This document shows, piece by piece, positions 28,993-38,289 of a stretch of 64,000 nt of DNA. Each line of letters opens with the position of its first letter. Within the stretch, counting starts at the first letter, position 1. The position numbers and the translations under genes were made by a program. The DNA lies in assembly GCA_045863395.1 (NCBI GenBank), contig BTVJ01000026.1:31288-95287 (forward strand), in the 5' to 3' direction. This DNA is from Myxococcales bacterium. GTDB lineage: Bacteria; Myxococcota_A; UBA9042; JABWCM01; BTVJ01. The notes below the pieces were generated by a model, which was not told the origin of the DNA, did no database searches, and saw only the letters and a list, made by a program, of their open reading frames with translations.

Positions 28993-31623
28993 TCAGCCCT
29001 CCGGCTCGTCCGGGTCGAGGTCGGGAGGCAGGTCCTCCAGGTTGGGCGGGAGGATGCGGCTGATCCGCGCGTCCGACTCGGCGCGCGGGCAGGGGAGCGT
29101 CGTGCACTCGGTGTGCGCCTGCCACTCCACGTCCAGGTAGCACGCGGTCTCCCGGTCCGTCAGCGTGTAGCAGTCCCGGGGCATGCACCTCCCCTCGAAG
29201 CAGAGGCTGTAGGCGGGGCAGTCCTCGTTGCCGTCGCACAGCGCCCGGCAGCGCCCCTGCACGCACTGGGAGACCGGCGCGACGCAGAGGCCCCTTGCGC
29301 ACACGTCGCCGCCTCCACAGTGCGCGTCCTCGCTGCACGGAGCGCAGCGCCCCTTGGCGCCCGGCTCGGCGCACCAGCCGTGGACGCACGCCTGCCCCGC
29401 GCCGCAGCCCTTCGTGGTGGTGCACTTGGTGCGCTTCGGCTCGCAGAAGCCGTTCCTGCACAGGGCGTCGAGCCCCTTGGCCACGCAGTCGGCGTTCTGC
29501 TTGCAGGTCGGCAGCGTGCCGAAGCAGGCGCGCACGCTGTCGGTACACTCGCCGTCCGCCTCACACGGGGTGGCGGTCGCCGGCAGACAGAACCCGCTGG
29601 AGTCGGTCTCGGCGAGCTTCACGCAGGCGTTCTGGCCCTTGGCGGCCTTGCTGGCGTGGCAGTCGCCGTCGCCCTGGCAGCGGTTGCGGCACCGGCCGAG
29701 CACACAGGTGTAGGCGGGGGTCACGCAGACGCCCTGAAAACACTCCTGGCCGTCGCCGCACTCGAGGGAGTGGGTGCACGCCTTGCACTTGCCCCCGGCG
29801 CAGGCCGCGTCGAGGCGGTAGCAGTCCCCGTCGCCCTTGCACTGGCCGTCGTCCACCGCGCAGTGGTAGGGCGTCGTCAGCTCGCCGGGCGTCGTCTCGG
29901 CGATGTGCTCGCAGAACTGCCCCCGGTACTTGACCAGCGACTCCATGCAGGCGCCGTAGGTCGTACACCCCTCGAGCTGCACCTGGCCGTCCACGCGGCA
30001 GTCGTCGATGCAGCGCTGGGAGCGGATGATCTCCTCCTGCACCGCGTCGCGCAGCGGCACCCCCGAGTCCACCTGGGTGTTGTTGATCTTGAGCACCGTG
30101 AAGCCCGACCCGCCCCCGGCGATGTAGTTGTTGGTGGCCATCTCGTAGACGCCGTAGGGGTTGATGGGCGTCTCCTGGCACAGCGTCTTGTCCTTGATGT
30201 TGGAGTCACCGCAGTTGGTGATCACGACGTTCTCGGCGCGTGGCGGGCACTCGTCGCCGCAGTTGTCGCCCTCCTTCGGGAAGGTGCAGTTCATGGTGAA
30301 GCGCAGGCCCGCCACCTGGACCTGCGTGATGCAGCCGCGCCCCGCGCTGCGCCGCGTGGTGTAGTCCAGCAGGTCCTGGATGTCCTTGCCGCTCATGTAC
30401 ATGGTCGTGATCGTGTTCTCGAAGGGGAACACGTTGAAGAGGTCGTCCATGGTGATGGGGCCGGGGAAGATGTCGGTGCGGATTCCGAGCGTGTTCGTCA
30501 GCCCGAAGTCGGCCCAGGCGTGCTTGCGGATGGCCTCGGCCACGAAGTTGCCGAGGGGGGCGTCTCCGCCGTCGAAGCCGAAGCGGCGGATGTGGCGGTC
30601 CGCGAAGCCGTAGACGCTGGTCAGGTCGAAGATCTGGTTCATCTTCAGCCGGTACGGCTCCAGGAGGTCGAGCATGACCGGATCCTCGGGCACCGAGCTG
30701 TCGATGGGGAAGATGGCGTAGTCGTGGTTGACCACCTCGCCGTCCCGGACGACGACGTCCAGGCGCGCGACGAACTTGGCGAAGGCGCCCGGGTGGGTCA
30801 GGATCACGCTGCGGCCGGCCTTGTCCTTGATGACCTTCGGCGGGTTGAGGACGATGTGCAGGTGTCCGCCGAGGATGATGTCGAGGCCCTCGGTGTGCTG
30901 GATGATCTCCTCGTCCTCGCCGAGGCCCGCGTGGCTGACGGCGACGATCAGATCCACCTGGGGGCGGAGCACGTTGATCCAGTCCTGCACGGTCTGGACG
31001 ATGTCCAGCGGGACGATCTTGAGGCTGTTGCCGACTTCGGTCACCGACGAGATGGACGAAAAGTTGGCGATGCCGATGATCGCGATCTTCAGGCCGTCCT
31101 TGTTGACGATCTCGACCGGGCGCACCAGGTCGTTCAGGGGGTTCCCCTTGATGAACAAGTAGTTGGCGGCGATCACCGGGTACGTGGCCCACGCCTTGAG
31201 CTGCTTCGCGTAGTTCGTGAGCCCCTCGTCGAACTCGTGGTTGCCGATGACCACGGCGTCCGGTTGGAGCTGGCTCATGACCCGCTGCTCCACCTCGCCC
31301 TTGAAGGCATTGAAGATCGGTGCGCCCTGGAAACAGTCGCCGCTGTCGACGAGGACGACGCGGCCCCCCCGCGCGCGCTCCCGCTTGATGACGTGCGCCA
31401 TGCGCGCCGCCCCGCCGAAGGGCTCGTTGTCCTGGAGCAGGCCCATGCCCTCGTCACCAGCGCCGACCTGAGCGCGGTAGGGAATCAGGCGAGAGTGGAT
31501 GTCGGAGGTGTGCAGGAAGGTGACGCGGATATCCTGGCCCGCGAGGGTCGGGTTCTCGTGTCGCTCCGTACAGGCCGCGAGAAGGGTTGTGATGGCTATA
31601 ACCAGGCGAAACCATTGAGTCAT
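28993..31623 (-). CDS. Lipoprotein 5'-nucleotidase/metallophosphoesterase with a long Cys-rich C-terminal region
   Basis: LHTSDIHS, DSGDCFQG, GNHEFD, SHAG, GGHLH, VFPFEN and YIAGGGSG motifs; lipobox LAAC. Confidence 0.9.
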   Translation of the reverse strand: MTQWFRLVIAITTLLAACTERHENPTLAGQDIRVTFLHTSDIHSRLIPYRAQVGAGDEGMGLLQDNEPFGGAARMAHVIKRERARGGRVVLVDSGDCFQGAPIFNAFKGEVEQRVMSQLQPDAVVIGNHEFDEGLTNYAKQLKAWATYPVIAANYLFIKGNPLNDLVRPVEIVNKDGLKIAIIGIANFSSISSVTEVGNSLKIVPLDIVQTVQDWINVLRPQVDLIVAVSHAGLGEDEEIIQHTEGLDIILGGHLHIVLNPPKVIKDKAGRSVILTHPGAFAKFVARLDVVVRDGEVVNHDYAIFPIDSSVPEDPVMLDLLEPYRLKMNQIFDLTSVYGFADRHIRRFGFDGGDAPLGNFVAEAIRKHAWADFGLTNTLGIRTDIFPGPITMDDLFNVFPFENTITTMYMSGKDIQDLLDYTTRRSAGRGCITQVQVAGLRFTMNCTFPKEGDNCGDECPPRAENVVITNCGDSNIKDKTLCQETPINPYGVYEMATNNYIAGGGSGFTVLKINNTQVDSGVPLRDAVQEEIIRSQRCIDDCRVDGQVQLEGCTTYGACMESLVKYRGQFCEHIAETTPGELTTPYHCAVDDGQCKGDGDCYRLDAACAGGKCKACTHSLECGDGQECFQGVCVTPAYTCVLGRCRNRCQGDGDCHASKAAKGQNACVKLAETDSSGFCLPATATPCEADGECTDSVRACFGTLPTCKQNADCVAKGLDALCRNGFCEPKRTKCTTTKGCGAGQACVHGWCAEPGAKGRCAPCSEDAHCGGGDVCARGLCVAPVSQCVQGRCRALCDGNEDCPAYSLCFEGRCMPRDCYTLTDRETACYLDVEWQAHTECTTLPCPRAESDARISRILPPNLEDLPPDLDPDEPEG

Positions 31624-31846
31624 CGCGCACCGTCCCTCGTTGGCCCGCCGGCCCGGCGCAACAGGTATCACACGCCCACCCCCCGATCAAGCCGTGGCGC
31701 CCAAGGGGGTGAACGTAACCCGCGCGCAGATCGCGGGATGTGGGGCCGGGCGACGTGGGTTGAACCGGCGTTCGCGCTCTGGAATACTGTCGCGCGGTCC
31801 CGCGCGGGGACCTGCCGCCCACGCCCCAACTCTCCTCGGAGGCCTC

Positions 31847-32428
31847 ATGCTCCCCCGCAGAGCCATACTCTTGATGCTGCTGCTGCTTGCAGCGCCCGCG
31901 CGCGCCACCGTCGTCCTCGAGGTAGGCCTCGACGACATGAGCCGCACCTCGGACGTGATCTTCCACGGCGTCGTGACCCGGACCGACGTCGTTGCCGTCG
32001 GCGGGGACGCCACGCGACTCGTAACCGACGTCACCTTCTCGCTGACCGAGGTGCTCAAGGGGCGGGCGCTCGTGCCGGAGCCGAGCTTCACGCTCCGGCT
32101 GATCGGGGGGCAACGGGGCGGGCTCGAGCTGCGCATCCCTGGGATGCCGCGCTTCAGTGAAGGGGACGAGGTCGTCATGTTCCTGGAGCGCACCGAGGGA
32201 GGCTTCGCCATCACGGGTCTGTCCCAGGGGCGCTTCGAGGTGCGCGTCGATGCTGAGACCGGCGAGCGGGTGGTCGACCGGTCGCTCGGAAGCGTGGGGG
32301 TGGCGCGGTTCGGTGCGGGCGGCGAGTTCGAGATGACAGAGGCGCCGGCCAGCCTGGTGCGCTACCCCCTTGCGAACCTGCTCGACGAGGTGCGCCACTG
32401 GATCGCCGAGGACGGGGTGGCCCGATGA
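31847..32428 (+). CDS. Secreted hypothetical protein coupled to the matrixin gene
   Basis: Signal peptide ending ARA; GMPRFSEGDEVVMFL and GLSQGRF; GGAGG RBS. Confidence 0.75.
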   Translation: MLPRRAILLMLLLLAAPARATVVLEVGLDDMSRTSDVIFHGVVTRTDVVAVGGDATRLVTDVTFSLTEVLKGRALVPEPSFTLRLIGGQRGGLELRIPGMPRFSEGDEVVMFLERTEGGFAITGLSQGRFEVRVDAETGERVVDRSLGSVGVARFGAGGEFEMTEAPASLVRYPLANLLDEVRHWIAEDGVAR

Positions 32429-34527
32429 AGCGCGCCCTCCTGATCGTGTCGGGCCTGCTGCTCTGGGCGCCTGCTGCCTCCGCGTCCAGCATCGCCCTGT
32501 CGGACTACTACAACAAGCTCGTCCGGTGGACCATCTCGACGGTCCCGTACCACCTGAACCCCGCCGGCTCCGACGACATCGGGGACGGCAGCGACATCCA
32601 GGCCATCAAGGAGTCGTTCAACGACTGGATCACGCTCCCGTGCTCGTCGCTGAAGATCAACCACCTGGGGGCCGCCGGCAACACGAGCCTGCTGACGGGT
32701 GCTCAGGCCAACGGCAAGAACGAGCTCCACTTCGTGGAGAACTCGGCCTGGACCTATGGCAAGTACGTGCTGGGCGTGACCGCGCCGCTCTACGACTACA
32801 ACGGCAAGATCTGGGAGTCGGACATCGCGTTCAACGGCTACCTCCAGTCCTGGTCCACGACGGGCGGGTGGGGCAAGACCGACGTGAAGGCCATCGCGAT
32901 CCACGAGATCGGGCACTTCTTCGGGATCCAGCACAACCTGGGCGGCTACTCCTCCTCGTCGCCGCCGACCATGGCGCCGTCGTGGGACGGGACGCTGAAG
33001 CAGCGGACCCTGGAGCAGGACGACAAGAACTCGTTCTGCTTCCTCTACAACAACGCCAACTACACCTGCGGCACCGACGCGGACTGTCCCTACGTGGTGG
33101 GCCACAAGTCCAACGGGCAGGAGTACTACACAGGGAAGTACGTGTGCAGCGGGGGCAAGTGCCAGCTCGGGTCGGGCTCGGGGACGGCCGGCGGCACCAA
33201 GGGGCTCGGCGAGAAGTGCAGCACGAACCAGGACTGCAAGTCACCCTACTTCTGTCAGCCCGTGTGGGGGCAGGGGAGCATGTGCTCGCAGGTGTGCAAC
33301 CCGAGCTCCAGCACGAGCTGCCCGGGCGGCTTCGTGTGCGTCCCCTACGAGGGTCAGAGCTCGGGGGCGTGCATCCCCGGCGGGCCGACCACCAAGAGCG
33401 ACGGGGCCGCATGTGAGGCGTCGAGCGAGTGCAAGTCGGGTTACTGCGGGACCAACCCCGTGGACGGCTCGTTGGAGTGCCGCCAGACCTGCACCGTCGG
33501 CGAGGCGGGGCACTGCACCAAGAGCCAGGTGTGCGTACCGTCCCACGGCAGCGCGTCCTCGGCGGGAGCCTGCTGGGGTGTGGATGACGTGGGGGCGGTC
33601 AACCGCGCTGACACGGATGGCTGCGACTTCGACTGGCAGTGCAAGAGCGGGCGATGCGTGCTCGACCAGGCGAGCGGGGAGCAGTTCTGCCGCGCGGCGT
33701 GCAGCCCGGCGCACCCGAGCTGCGCCGCCGGGACGTGGTGCGTCGAGCTGTCGCCGCAGGTGGGCGCCTGCATCCCTGGTTCTCCGCCTCCGCCCCCCGA
33801 GAAGCTCGAGGACGGGGCGATCTGCGCTACGAACGAGGAGTGCAAGAGCGGCGTCTGCGCCAAGCCCGCCGGGGGCACACGCACCGTGTGCGTCACGCCT
33901 TGCGCGCTCGCGGACGACGCGTGCCCCGCAGGTCAGGTGTGCGTCGGCTCTGGCGACGCGGTCTGGGGCGCTTGCCTGCCGGCGGCGCTCCCCGCGGGCG
34001 CGTCCTGTGGGGGACCTCAGGACTGCAGCAGCGGGCTGTGTCTCGATTCGGGCAGCGGGTCCGTCTGCGTCCAGGCCTGCTCGGAAGGGGGTGTCTGCCC
34101 CTGCGGGACGAGCTGCCAGTTCGCGGTAGGTGGCGACGTCTGCGTGCCCGACGCCACGGCGCCGACCTGCGCGGCGGCGGGCGTGCAGTGCGCGAGCAAC
34201 CTGGAGTGCGGGAGCGGGCGGTGCCAGGGCGGGGAGTGCAGCGGCGAGGCTGGTGGCTCGGGTGGCTCGGGTGGGTCGGGTGGGTCGGATGCTGCGAGTG
34301 GCCCTGGCGGCGGCTCCGGCAGTGGCTCCGGTGATGCCGCGGGCGGAGCAGGCGGCGACGCAGCGGGCGGCGGAGTCGAGGCGCCAGGAGGCGTCGGCGG
34401 GGAGGCAGACCTCAGCGGCAGCGCAGCCGGCGGCGGCTGCGGGGCGACCAGCGGCCCGGGCGGCGGCCTGCTGGCGATGCTCGCGTTGCTCGGTTGGCTG
34501 ACCGTTCGCCGGCGCGTGGCCGCCTGA
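32425..34527 (+). CDS. Matrixin/metzincin metalloprotease with Cys-rich repeats and a MYXO-CTERM sorting signal
   Basis: HEIGHFFGIQH zinc motif, PTMAP Met-turn, repeated C-x5-C-x4-C modules, C-terminal GGGC..TM..RRR. Confidence 0.88.
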   Translation: MKRALLIVSGLLLWAPAASASSIALSDYYNKLVRWTISTVPYHLNPAGSDDIGDGSDIQAIKESFNDWITLPCSSLKINHLGAAGNTSLLTGAQANGKNELHFVENSAWTYGKYVLGVTAPLYDYNGKIWESDIAFNGYLQSWSTTGGWGKTDVKAIAIHEIGHFFGIQHNLGGYSSSSPPTMAPSWDGTLKQRTLEQDDKNSFCFLYNNANYTCGTDADCPYVVGHKSNGQEYYTGKYVCSGGKCQLGSGSGTAGGTKGLGEKCSTNQDCKSPYFCQPVWGQGSMCSQVCNPSSSTSCPGGFVCVPYEGQSSGACIPGGPTTKSDGAACEASSECKSGYCGTNPVDGSLECRQTCTVGEAGHCTKSQVCVPSHGSASSAGACWGVDDVGAVNRADTDGCDFDWQCKSGRCVLDQASGEQFCRAACSPAHPSCAAGTWCVELSPQVGACIPGSPPPPPEKLEDGAICATNEECKSGVCAKPAGGTRTVCVTPCALADDACPAGQVCVGSGDAVWGACLPAALPAGASCGGPQDCSSGLCLDSGSGSVCVQACSEGGVCPCGTSCQFAVGGDVCVPDATAPTCAAAGVQCASNLECGSGRCQGGECSGEAGGSGGSGGSGGSDAASGPGGGSGSGSGDAAGGAGGDAAGGGVEAPGGVGGEADLSGSAAGGGCGATSGPGGGLLAMLALLGWLTVRRRVAA

Positions 34528-34673
34528 CCTCCGTGTGAGCGCCGGGGGGGGCGCGGGGGGAGAGCTTCACCCTGGACTTGGGGCGGCATGGACTTCGACG
34601 CTCGACCGCGGTAAGACTGGGGCGCCCGCTGGCGCTCCACCCTTACCGGGGCGCGGCGCGGCGGAGGTCCTTC

Positions 34674-35687
34674 ATGCAGAGCGCGTCCGAGCGAGACAGT
34701 ATCCTCCGGTGGTCGCCAGGGTCGCCTCGTGGCCACGTGGAGTCCACCTTCCTCAAGCTGAACCTGGTGTCGCGGCGGCAGGCGCTCTGGCTCAAGTTCA
34801 CCGTCTTGGAGCCACCTCCTGGTCACGGCGACGCGCAGGCCGCCGTGTGGGCGATCTTCTTCGACGTGGACCACCCGGAGCGCCGGCGCGCCGTCAAGCG
34901 CGTGATGCCCGCGTCCGACATCTCCTGGCAGGCTGACCGATTCCTGCTGCGCTTCGGCGACTGCGAGATGGCCCGCGGTCGCAGCCATGGGAGCGTCTCT
35001 GGGGCGGGGAGCATCGCCTGGGACCTGACGTGGACCACGGGCGAGGAGAGCTTCCGGCACTTTCCTCACGACCGCATGTACGAGCTGCCCCTCCCTCGCT
35101 CCAAGGCTCTCAGCCCCACCATCGACGCGCGCTTCCAGGGCACGGTGACCGTCGACGGTGAGCGCATCGAGGTGGTCGAGGCGCCCGGGATGCACGGCCA
35201 CAACTGGGGGGAGAACCACGCGCGGGAGTGGGTCTGGGCCCACTGCAACGCGTTCGCGGAGGACGGCGTCGTCTTCGAGGGACTCAGCGCGCGCGTCGCG
35301 CTGGGTCCCATCACGACACCAGCGCTGACCATACTGCACCTCAGGACCCCAGTGGAGACGGTGACGTTCAACCGGCTGCGGGATCTCGTAGCCAGCGCGA
35401 GCCGCCAGCACGGGCTGTACTGGAGCTTCGAGGCGACCGGGGGGCCCTGGCGCCTTCGTGGCGTCGTCCACGGGAGCCCTGACCGCTTCGTGGGCGTCGA
35501 CTACCACGACCCGGACGGCACAGTGCACCACTGCCTGAACTCCAAGGTCGCCGTCGCGGAGCTGACCCTGCTGCGTCGTCACGGCGCGACATGGTCCCCT
35601 TACGGCCAGTGGCGCAGCGACGACTCCTGCGCGCTGGAGATCGGGACCTGCGGCGACACCCACGGCGTCCCCATCCTGCTCCCCTGA
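34674..35687 (+). CDS. Hypothetical protein with a tocopherol-cyclase/AttH-like beta fold
   Basis: GHVESTFLK, ALWLKFT, WDL and GMHGHNWG..HAREWVWAHC patterns. Confidence 0.55.
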   Translation: MQSASERDSILRWSPGSPRGHVESTFLKLNLVSRRQALWLKFTVLEPPPGHGDAQAAVWAIFFDVDHPERRRAVKRVMPASDISWQADRFLLRFGDCEMARGRSHGSVSGAGSIAWDLTWTTGEESFRHFPHDRMYELPLPRSKALSPTIDARFQGTVTVDGERIEVVEAPGMHGHNWGENHAREWVWAHCNAFAEDGVVFEGLSARVALGPITTPALTILHLRTPVETVTFNRLRDLVASASRQHGLYWSFEATGGPWRLRGVVHGSPDRFVGVDYHDPDGTVHHCLNSKVAVAELTLLRRHGATWSPYGQWRSDDSCALEIGTCGDTHGVPILLP

Positions 35688-35804
35688 ACGGTCGGCGCTG
35701 TGAGAACCGGTGAGCGCGGCGCACTCGGCTCCGCAGGGAGGCCGCGGAGTGCGCGGTGGTCGGGGCTTGCCCAGCGGGGTCCCTGCTCGCGAGGATAGGA
35801 AATA

Positions 35805-35903
35805 TGAGTATGCTTGACCCCCAGTTTTGACCCCCAGTTTTGACCCCCAGTTTGACCCCCAGTTTGACCCCCAGTTTGACCCCCGGTTCAGTTTTCGACC
35901 CCC
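35805..35903 (+). repeat. Non-coding tandem array of TTGACCCCCAGT(T): six copies plus one degenerate
   Basis: TGACCCCC at 35815, 35828, 35841, 35853, 35865 and 35877, CGACCCCC at 35896; preceded by TGAGTATGCT. Confidence 0.92.
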
Positions 35904-36162
35904 ATTTTGGCGTTGCGTCACATGGTAGGTGTATTCGCGAGCTCGAACTGCATGGTCAGGTGTTACCCAATGTCTGGAATATTGGTCGTATCTTCGGTTG
36001 TGCCTTCGGCGTAGTGGAAGCGCCCGGTGGGCTCGCGGACTGAATTGGTCCTTGTTTGGCCCGCGATGTGGCGGTACGCTTCGAAGAGCAGCGCCACGTC
36101 GGCGAGGACGTGAGCCGAGCGGCGCCCCGACTGTCCTCGGAAGGGACATTCAAGGAGGTTGC

Positions 36163-37062
36163 ATGAGCCGGACCTCGGTAGCGCTCGCTCTCGTCGCCTT
36201 CGTGTCGAGCACCGCGCGTGCAGACGACCCTCCGTTCGTCCCCTGGACCTCGCTTCTGCCGGGCCTCTCCGCGGGCTACGACCCGTCGAGCGAGAACCTC
36301 TGCAAGAAGGGGCACCCGCAGTGTGTCAGCTCGGTGATCCACGAGATGGACAAGCGGTTCACCAAGCTGGCGAAGGTGTGCGACCACGACGCCCTGTTCG
36401 CCCTCGTCTATCTGCGGACCACGGAGGAGTACCAGCGGGCGAGCCTGGAGCCCGGCTTCTTCTCGGACCCGGCCTTCCTCAACCACGAGGCCGCGGTCTT
36501 CGCTGCATACTACTTCGACGCGTGGGACGCCTGGCACGGCGGCTTCAAGAGCGCCGTGCCGGCAGCCTGGAGCATCGCCTTCGACGCAGCCGGCAAGAAG
36601 CAGGTGAAGGGGCTCGGGAACATCTTCCTCGGCATGAACGCGCACATCCAGCGTGACCTCCCGTTCGTGCTCGACGCCATCGGGCTCGTGAAGCCGGACG
36701 GGAGCAGCCGCAAGCCGGACCACGACAAGGTGAACGAGTTCCTCAACCGAGTCGCCGACGAGGCCCTGCCCGAGGCCGCACGCCGCTTCGACCCGAGCAT
36801 CCAAGGCACCTCCGCCCCGGGAATCCTCCTCGACGACTTCCTGAACTTTCAGGTGGTTGCCGCGTGGAGGGAGCTTGCCTGGCGACACGCCGAGCTGCTG
36901 GCCGAGGCGCCGACCCCGGCCGCCCGGGCCCTGGTGGCAGCGGAGATCGAGGCGTACGCCGCCAGCCAGGCCACCCTGCTGCGCCTGGCCTTCGGCTACG
37001 GCCTGCTGGGAGGCAGCACGTCACGGGACGCGTGGTGCGCGGTGCACAACTTTGACCCCTGA
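36163..37062 (+). CDS. Secreted DUF5995-like protein
   Basis: FALVYLRTT, FAAYYFDA and LGMNAHIQRDLP motifs; AAGGAGG RBS and a signal peptide. Confidence 0.75.
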   Translation: MSRTSVALALVAFVSSTARADDPPFVPWTSLLPGLSAGYDPSSENLCKKGHPQCVSSVIHEMDKRFTKLAKVCDHDALFALVYLRTTEEYQRASLEPGFFSDPAFLNHEAAVFAAYYFDAWDAWHGGFKSAVPAAWSIAFDAAGKKQVKGLGNIFLGMNAHIQRDLPFVLDAIGLVKPDGSSRKPDHDKVNEFLNRVADEALPEAARRFDPSIQGTSAPGILLDDFLNFQVVAAWRELAWRHAELLAEAPTPAARALVAAEIEAYAASQATLLRLAFGYGLLGGSTSRDAWCAVHNFDP

Positions 37063-37077
37063 CTCCGGGAGGTGGCG

Positions 37078-37758
37078 ATGGAGGCCGACGCAGAGGGGAG
37101 GGCAAAGGCGCTGGACGCGCTGCGTAACCGGGTGCTGCACGTCGTCGGCCACGCGCTCCGCTCCCCGGTGTGCACGGCCCGGGGACTCGCCCACGCCATC
37201 GATGGCGCATCGGATGCCCAGGTCCGCGCCGTCATCGCGCCCTCCCTCGTCCGCGCCCTCGACGGCTTGAGCGCGCTGGTCGACGACCTGCTGGTCGCCA
37301 GCGAGGTGACGACCGCGCTGCCCACGGGTGGATTGGTCCCGCGGAGCGTTGCTGCCACGGCCCGGGAGGCGTGGTCCGCCCGTCGGCTTGGTGGGGAGCT
37401 CCAGATCGAGGGGGAGTGCGACGCCTGCGCCCACGATGGGGCGCTTGAGCGCATCCTGGGTCACCTCCTGACGAACGCGGCCTTCTACTGCGGGCGGCCG
37501 GTCCGCGTCGTCGCCTGTGCAGACGATGGGGTGGCTCGGGTCGTGGTCGAGGCCCCCGGGCCAGAGCCGACGGACAGCGAGCTCGAGCACGCCTTCGAGC
37601 CCTTCTATCGAAGCGAGATGGCCGTGATGTCCTCGCCTGGGCTCGGGCTTGGGCTCACGGTCGCCCGCGCGCTGGCGGAGCACGCCGGCGGCGAGCTGCG
37701 CCTGGAGCGGGTTCCGGGGTACGGAGCCCGCGCCACCCTGACCCTGCCACACTCGTGA
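37078..37758 (+). CDS. Sensor-less histidine kinase (HisKA + HATPase)
   Basis: GHALRSP H-box, LLTNA N-box, FEPFYR and GLGLGL motifs. Confidence 0.75.
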   Translation: MEADAEGRAKALDALRNRVLHVVGHALRSPVCTARGLAHAIDGASDAQVRAVIAPSLVRALDGLSALVDDLLVASEVTTALPTGGLVPRSVAATAREAWSARRLGGELQIEGECDACAHDGALERILGHLLTNAAFYCGRPVRVVACADDGVARVVVEAPGPEPTDSELEHAFEPFYRSEMAVMSSPGLGLGLTVARALAEHAGGELRLERVPGYGARATLTLPHS

Positions 37759-37759
37759 G

Positions 37760-38146
37760 GTGCCCATGGGTGACGCACTCCGCGTCGTGATCGCCGACGA
37801 CGACAGCGACCTCCTCCTCCTGCTGGGTCTACAGCTCAGCCGGGTCGACGGGATCGAGGTCGTCGGAGAGGCACGCGACGGGCAAGCCGTCCTTCAGCTC
37901 TGCGACGAGGCGCACCCCGACGTCCTCGTCCTCGACCTGCTGATGCCGGTGATGTCCGGCGTGGAGGCCCTCCCAAAGCTCCGCGAGCGGTTCCCGGCCC
38001 TGGCCATCGTGGCCTGCTCAGCGGTCGCCGGTCAGATGGTCCGCGAGCTGACGGACAGGCTCGGCGTTCCCCTCGTGCTGAAGTCCGGGCGCATCGAGCC
38101 CATCCTTGACGCCATCCGGGCTGCGGTGGACTCGAAGGCCGCCTGA
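37760..38146 (+). CDS. Single-domain response regulator
   Basis: VVIADDD, PDVLVLDLLMPVMSG and conserved Lys. Confidence 0.85.
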   Translation: MPMGDALRVVIADDDSDLLLLLGLQLSRVDGIEVVGEARDGQAVLQLCDEAHPDVLVLDLLMPVMSGVEALPKLRERFPALAIVACSAVAGQMVRELTDRLGVPLVLKSGRIEPILDAIRAAVDSKAA

Positions 38147-38289
38147 TCACGGCACCGCCCGCATCCCCGCCCCGCGACGGTTACATCCCTGGCGCTCGCG
38201 GTGACGTTTGCGCTACAGTGGCGCTCTGCCGAACCGTTGTGTCGGGCGCCTTGGGAGCGGGGAGGCGGTGTGTCTCGTGACGAGGGAGC

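Noticed and set aside
28945..32160. Very long antisense or alternate-frame ORFs (1071 aa here; also 54193-57264 and 52506-55196)
   Set aside because: These are expected stop-poor shadows in high-GC DNA opposite well-supported genes, with no recognisable motifs.
35805..35903. Short repeat array as CRISPR or as the small ORF MTPSLTPSLTPS
   Set aside because: The units are 12-13 bp with no spacers, and mixed unit lengths break the frame, so it is non-coding.
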